DNA of 63,420 bases, counting the filler, from Folioceros fuciformis (taxonomy: Eukaryota), in NCBI GenBank assembly GCA_049999805.1. It is 10 parts of 10 records of this genome, joined end to end, with 100 filler letters (N's around TTAATTAATTAA, not from the genome) between each part and the next. Parts side by side here need not be neighbours in the genome. Positions count along the whole stretch, not along the records: positions 61,088 to 63,420 come from JBNGIO010000960.1; 9 more parts are not named here. One strand, given 5' to 3'. The position numbers and the translations under genes were made by a program. The notes beneath the pieces were generated by a model that did not search any database, had not been told where the DNA came from, and saw only the letters and a list, made by a program, of their open reading frames with translations. Below are positions 61,088-63,420 of this stretch, piece after piece; positions within the stretch are counted from its first letter, which is position 1, and each line of letters begins with the position of its first letter.

Positions 61088-62538
61088 CCTTTACCGCCGC
61101 CGGCGCAAAATGCAGGACGAAGCTGACCTCCTCCGCCACCTTCCCCAAGAGCCCGCCTGACGCGACAGTAACCCCTTCTCCGTGAGCTGCAGCCAACCAA
61201 TCGCCACAACCGCTAACACTCAGCTGCACAGGCTACGAGACCACGGTGCGGATGCGGATGCGGAAGGCAGCAGGGCAGGCCGGATCAAGGGAGAGCCGTG
61301 GAGCGGGACGCAAGAAAGAGGAGCGAACGAGTTTGGCAGCAAGCGTGAGAGATAGTGCGCGGCCCGCTGCTGGCGTGGCCCCGCGGACTCGACTCGACTC
61401 GGCTCCGGCCCTCACCTCGTCGTCTCACTGTGCCTGAGGAGAAGGAGAGTCTCCTCCTTGTTGCTTTTCCTCGGCTTGCATATCTCGCCTGTCCTTTCCT
61501 TTCCTTTCCTTCTCTTCCGTAGGCCTGCAGATGCTGCTTTCTCGTCCTCACAGCCTGTAGCTGCTGGCAAGTCGCAGACTCCCGACTCGTAGCCAGCAGG
61601 CTAGCAACAGTGGCGCCTGGCCTGGCAGATCACAGGCCGGATGGGAACGGGCTGTAAGTCGCGTCACGACCTACTTCCCCTCGGGGAGGGGGCACTGGCA
61701 GCGTGAGAGACGGCGGCTCCATCGCCGCCGTCTCTGCCACCGGCCTAGCGCTTCCCTCACTCGCACACCGCTGTGCAACGCCTCACGAGGGACGTATAGC
61801 CATGTGGCCGGAGTGGGCCCTCCGCACCGTTCGTGTTGGGGCCTAACAAACACTAGTCGTGCTGGCCTCCGTTTTCCTAGCTTTGCTGTGCTATGCCAAC
61901 GTTAAAATTGACGCCGGTTAACGGCATCTGTCCTTTGGCGACAAGCTCGGATTCCGGCTTCCCACGATGTGTTCGGGTTATTTGTGGCACACCACACACA
62001 CAGCCATGGATATGTACATATTATTCACACTGCTACATACATACATGTACAGGACGGTGGGTAAGGAGAGGAGGTTGCCTACCGACACAGCGCGCAGCGG
62101 GGCCCTTTTCCATTAATGAACGGCTCTGGCCCGTGTGGGCCTCTCCTCCAACCTGGCAACACGGACGCCAGCTCCAAACGCGGGCACCATGTACTAGGTC
62201 CCCGCATGCTGTAAAGTTATCGTGATATTTAACGGCACTTTCAAGATTTTATATATCTATAAATATATTTATATTAAATTATACAAACGGAGAGGGAGTT
62301 TGGCAGAAAACTTTTTCTAAAGAGTGAGTTTGGCCGGTTTGGGCTAGAGCACGAATGTTTGTTTAGCTTATTGACTCTTTTGGGGTAGAACATGAATGTT
62401 TAGCTTATGAAGAAAAAAAAAGTCCAAACGATGTGCGATGCAGTAGGCTATGTGTGTGATGTCTAGTGTATGGAATATTGATAAGGACAGGGCTTCTTTC
62501 AAATTTTAGGGCACAAGGGACAAAGTCAATGATAGGGC

Positions 62539-62574
62539 ACAAAGTAGGTGTCCCAATCGAGACACCTACTTTGT
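62539..62574. repeat. Perfect 14-bp inverted repeat with 8-nt loop
   Basis: ACAAAGTAGGTGTC-ccaatcga-GACACCTACTTTGT. Confidence 0.85.
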
Positions 62575-63179
62575 TTTATCCCTCACGTCCTTGTCCGTCT
62601 CCTCTACTCACACTCATTCTTTTTTCATAGTTAGTTAGGGTTAGGGCCGCATCCACGATTCAGAGCCTTCCTTCGGACCTCAGCGTTCACCGCCTCTATG
62701 CACACCTCTAAACCAACCTCTCCATTTCCATTCGGAGTGTATCCCCACATCACGTTGAGGCACCCCTGTGGAACACCCAGGAGTTCTAGAATGCAGAAAC
62801 GAAACCCTATGCCACGTGGAACACCTGTAAATGAATCTTAATACACTCTGTCCAATGGGACGATTCTTTAAAGACACTCTTTATGAAGCGAAATGAAGAA
62901 AAACGTTGTGTCCCTTTGGATCCACAACGAGGTTAGAGGTATTTAAAGAAAATTGCTATACATTATATACGTAGGGTTAAAGGACGTGACGAGGTAAAGT
63001 AGAGGAATATTCCTCAGATGCCACAAAATATGTATTCCAAAAAAACATGAGTGTAGTCCTTGTCCGCATCGGCATTTCATATTAGTGTGGCGAGCTCTTG
63101 CAAAAAAGAATGGTATAGTTTCCACAACGTTTGTTGATATTGATCATGAAGCGAGGCTTCGATGCCAGCACATTTACGC

Positions 63180-63350
63180 ATTGCAAGTTTACAATTCTTT
63201 TACCCAGTGATGATTGGTTCTTACTAAATTTTGCGTCCATTGCAAGATTACAATTCTTACAATTCTCTTACCTAGTGATGATTGGTTCTTACTAAATAAA
63301 TTTTGCGTCCTATGTGTAGAGTTAGTGATGATTGGCTCTAATTGAATTTT
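63180..63350. repeat. Degenerate tandem repeat, about 3 copies of about 50-70 bp
   Basis: AGTGATGATTGGTTCTTACTAAAT...TTTTGCGTCC recurs near 63207, 63275 and 63324. Confidence 0.65.
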
Positions 63351-63420
63351 GTGTTCTGTTTTGTGTTTTGTGTATGGAGTTAACGTTCCGAAGCAATGGC
63401 AAGCTGCTGCAAACCCTAAC

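Noticed and set aside
63205-63345. Repeated GTGATGA as C/D-box snoRNA cluster
   Set aside because: No matching CTGA D boxes or terminal stems; better explained as a degenerate tandem repeat.
63411-63420. AAACCCTAAC at the window end as a telomere
   Set aside because: It is a single unit and in the wrong orientation for a right chromosome end.

Overview
This window is eukaryotic land-plant nuclear DNA, not a prokaryotic locus. It is also not contiguous: ten short contigs are joined by nine identical 100-nt artificial linkers (N44-TTAATTAATTAA-N44, which put stops in all six frames), so adjacency across linkers has no biological meaning. The gene-dense contigs have short introns (mostly about 70-135 nt). 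They carry an RS-domain cyclophilin (CYP63/CYP95-like), a PDI-C/ERGIC thioredoxin, a partial B1 Raf-like MAPKKK, an RLK tail, a malectin-like LRR-RLK, FAX1, a P-class PPR, the SUMO E2 SCE1, oligoribonuclease, a GT47 exostosin with EGF repeats, and a MASE1 hybrid histidine kinase. The AT-rich contigs are mostly decayed transposons (two copia, gypsy integrase, several L1, MULE/SWIM) plus a 48/49-bp satellite. A class I cyclic-nucleotide phosphodiesterase exon and a MASE1 histidine kinase point to a non-flowering plant such as a hornwort, other bryophyte or lycophyte (inference). The best leads are: (1) an intact, AT-rich, isolated class I PDE (CAPE-like) exon among transposon remnants; (2) a spliced MASE1 kinase with large Ser/Pro-rich insertions; (3) a probable pseudokinase LRR-RLK; (4) a candidate poison exon in the RS-cyclophilin; (5) two intronless genes placed head-to-head with spliced genes. 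All homology calls come from manual motif recognition; no searches were run.
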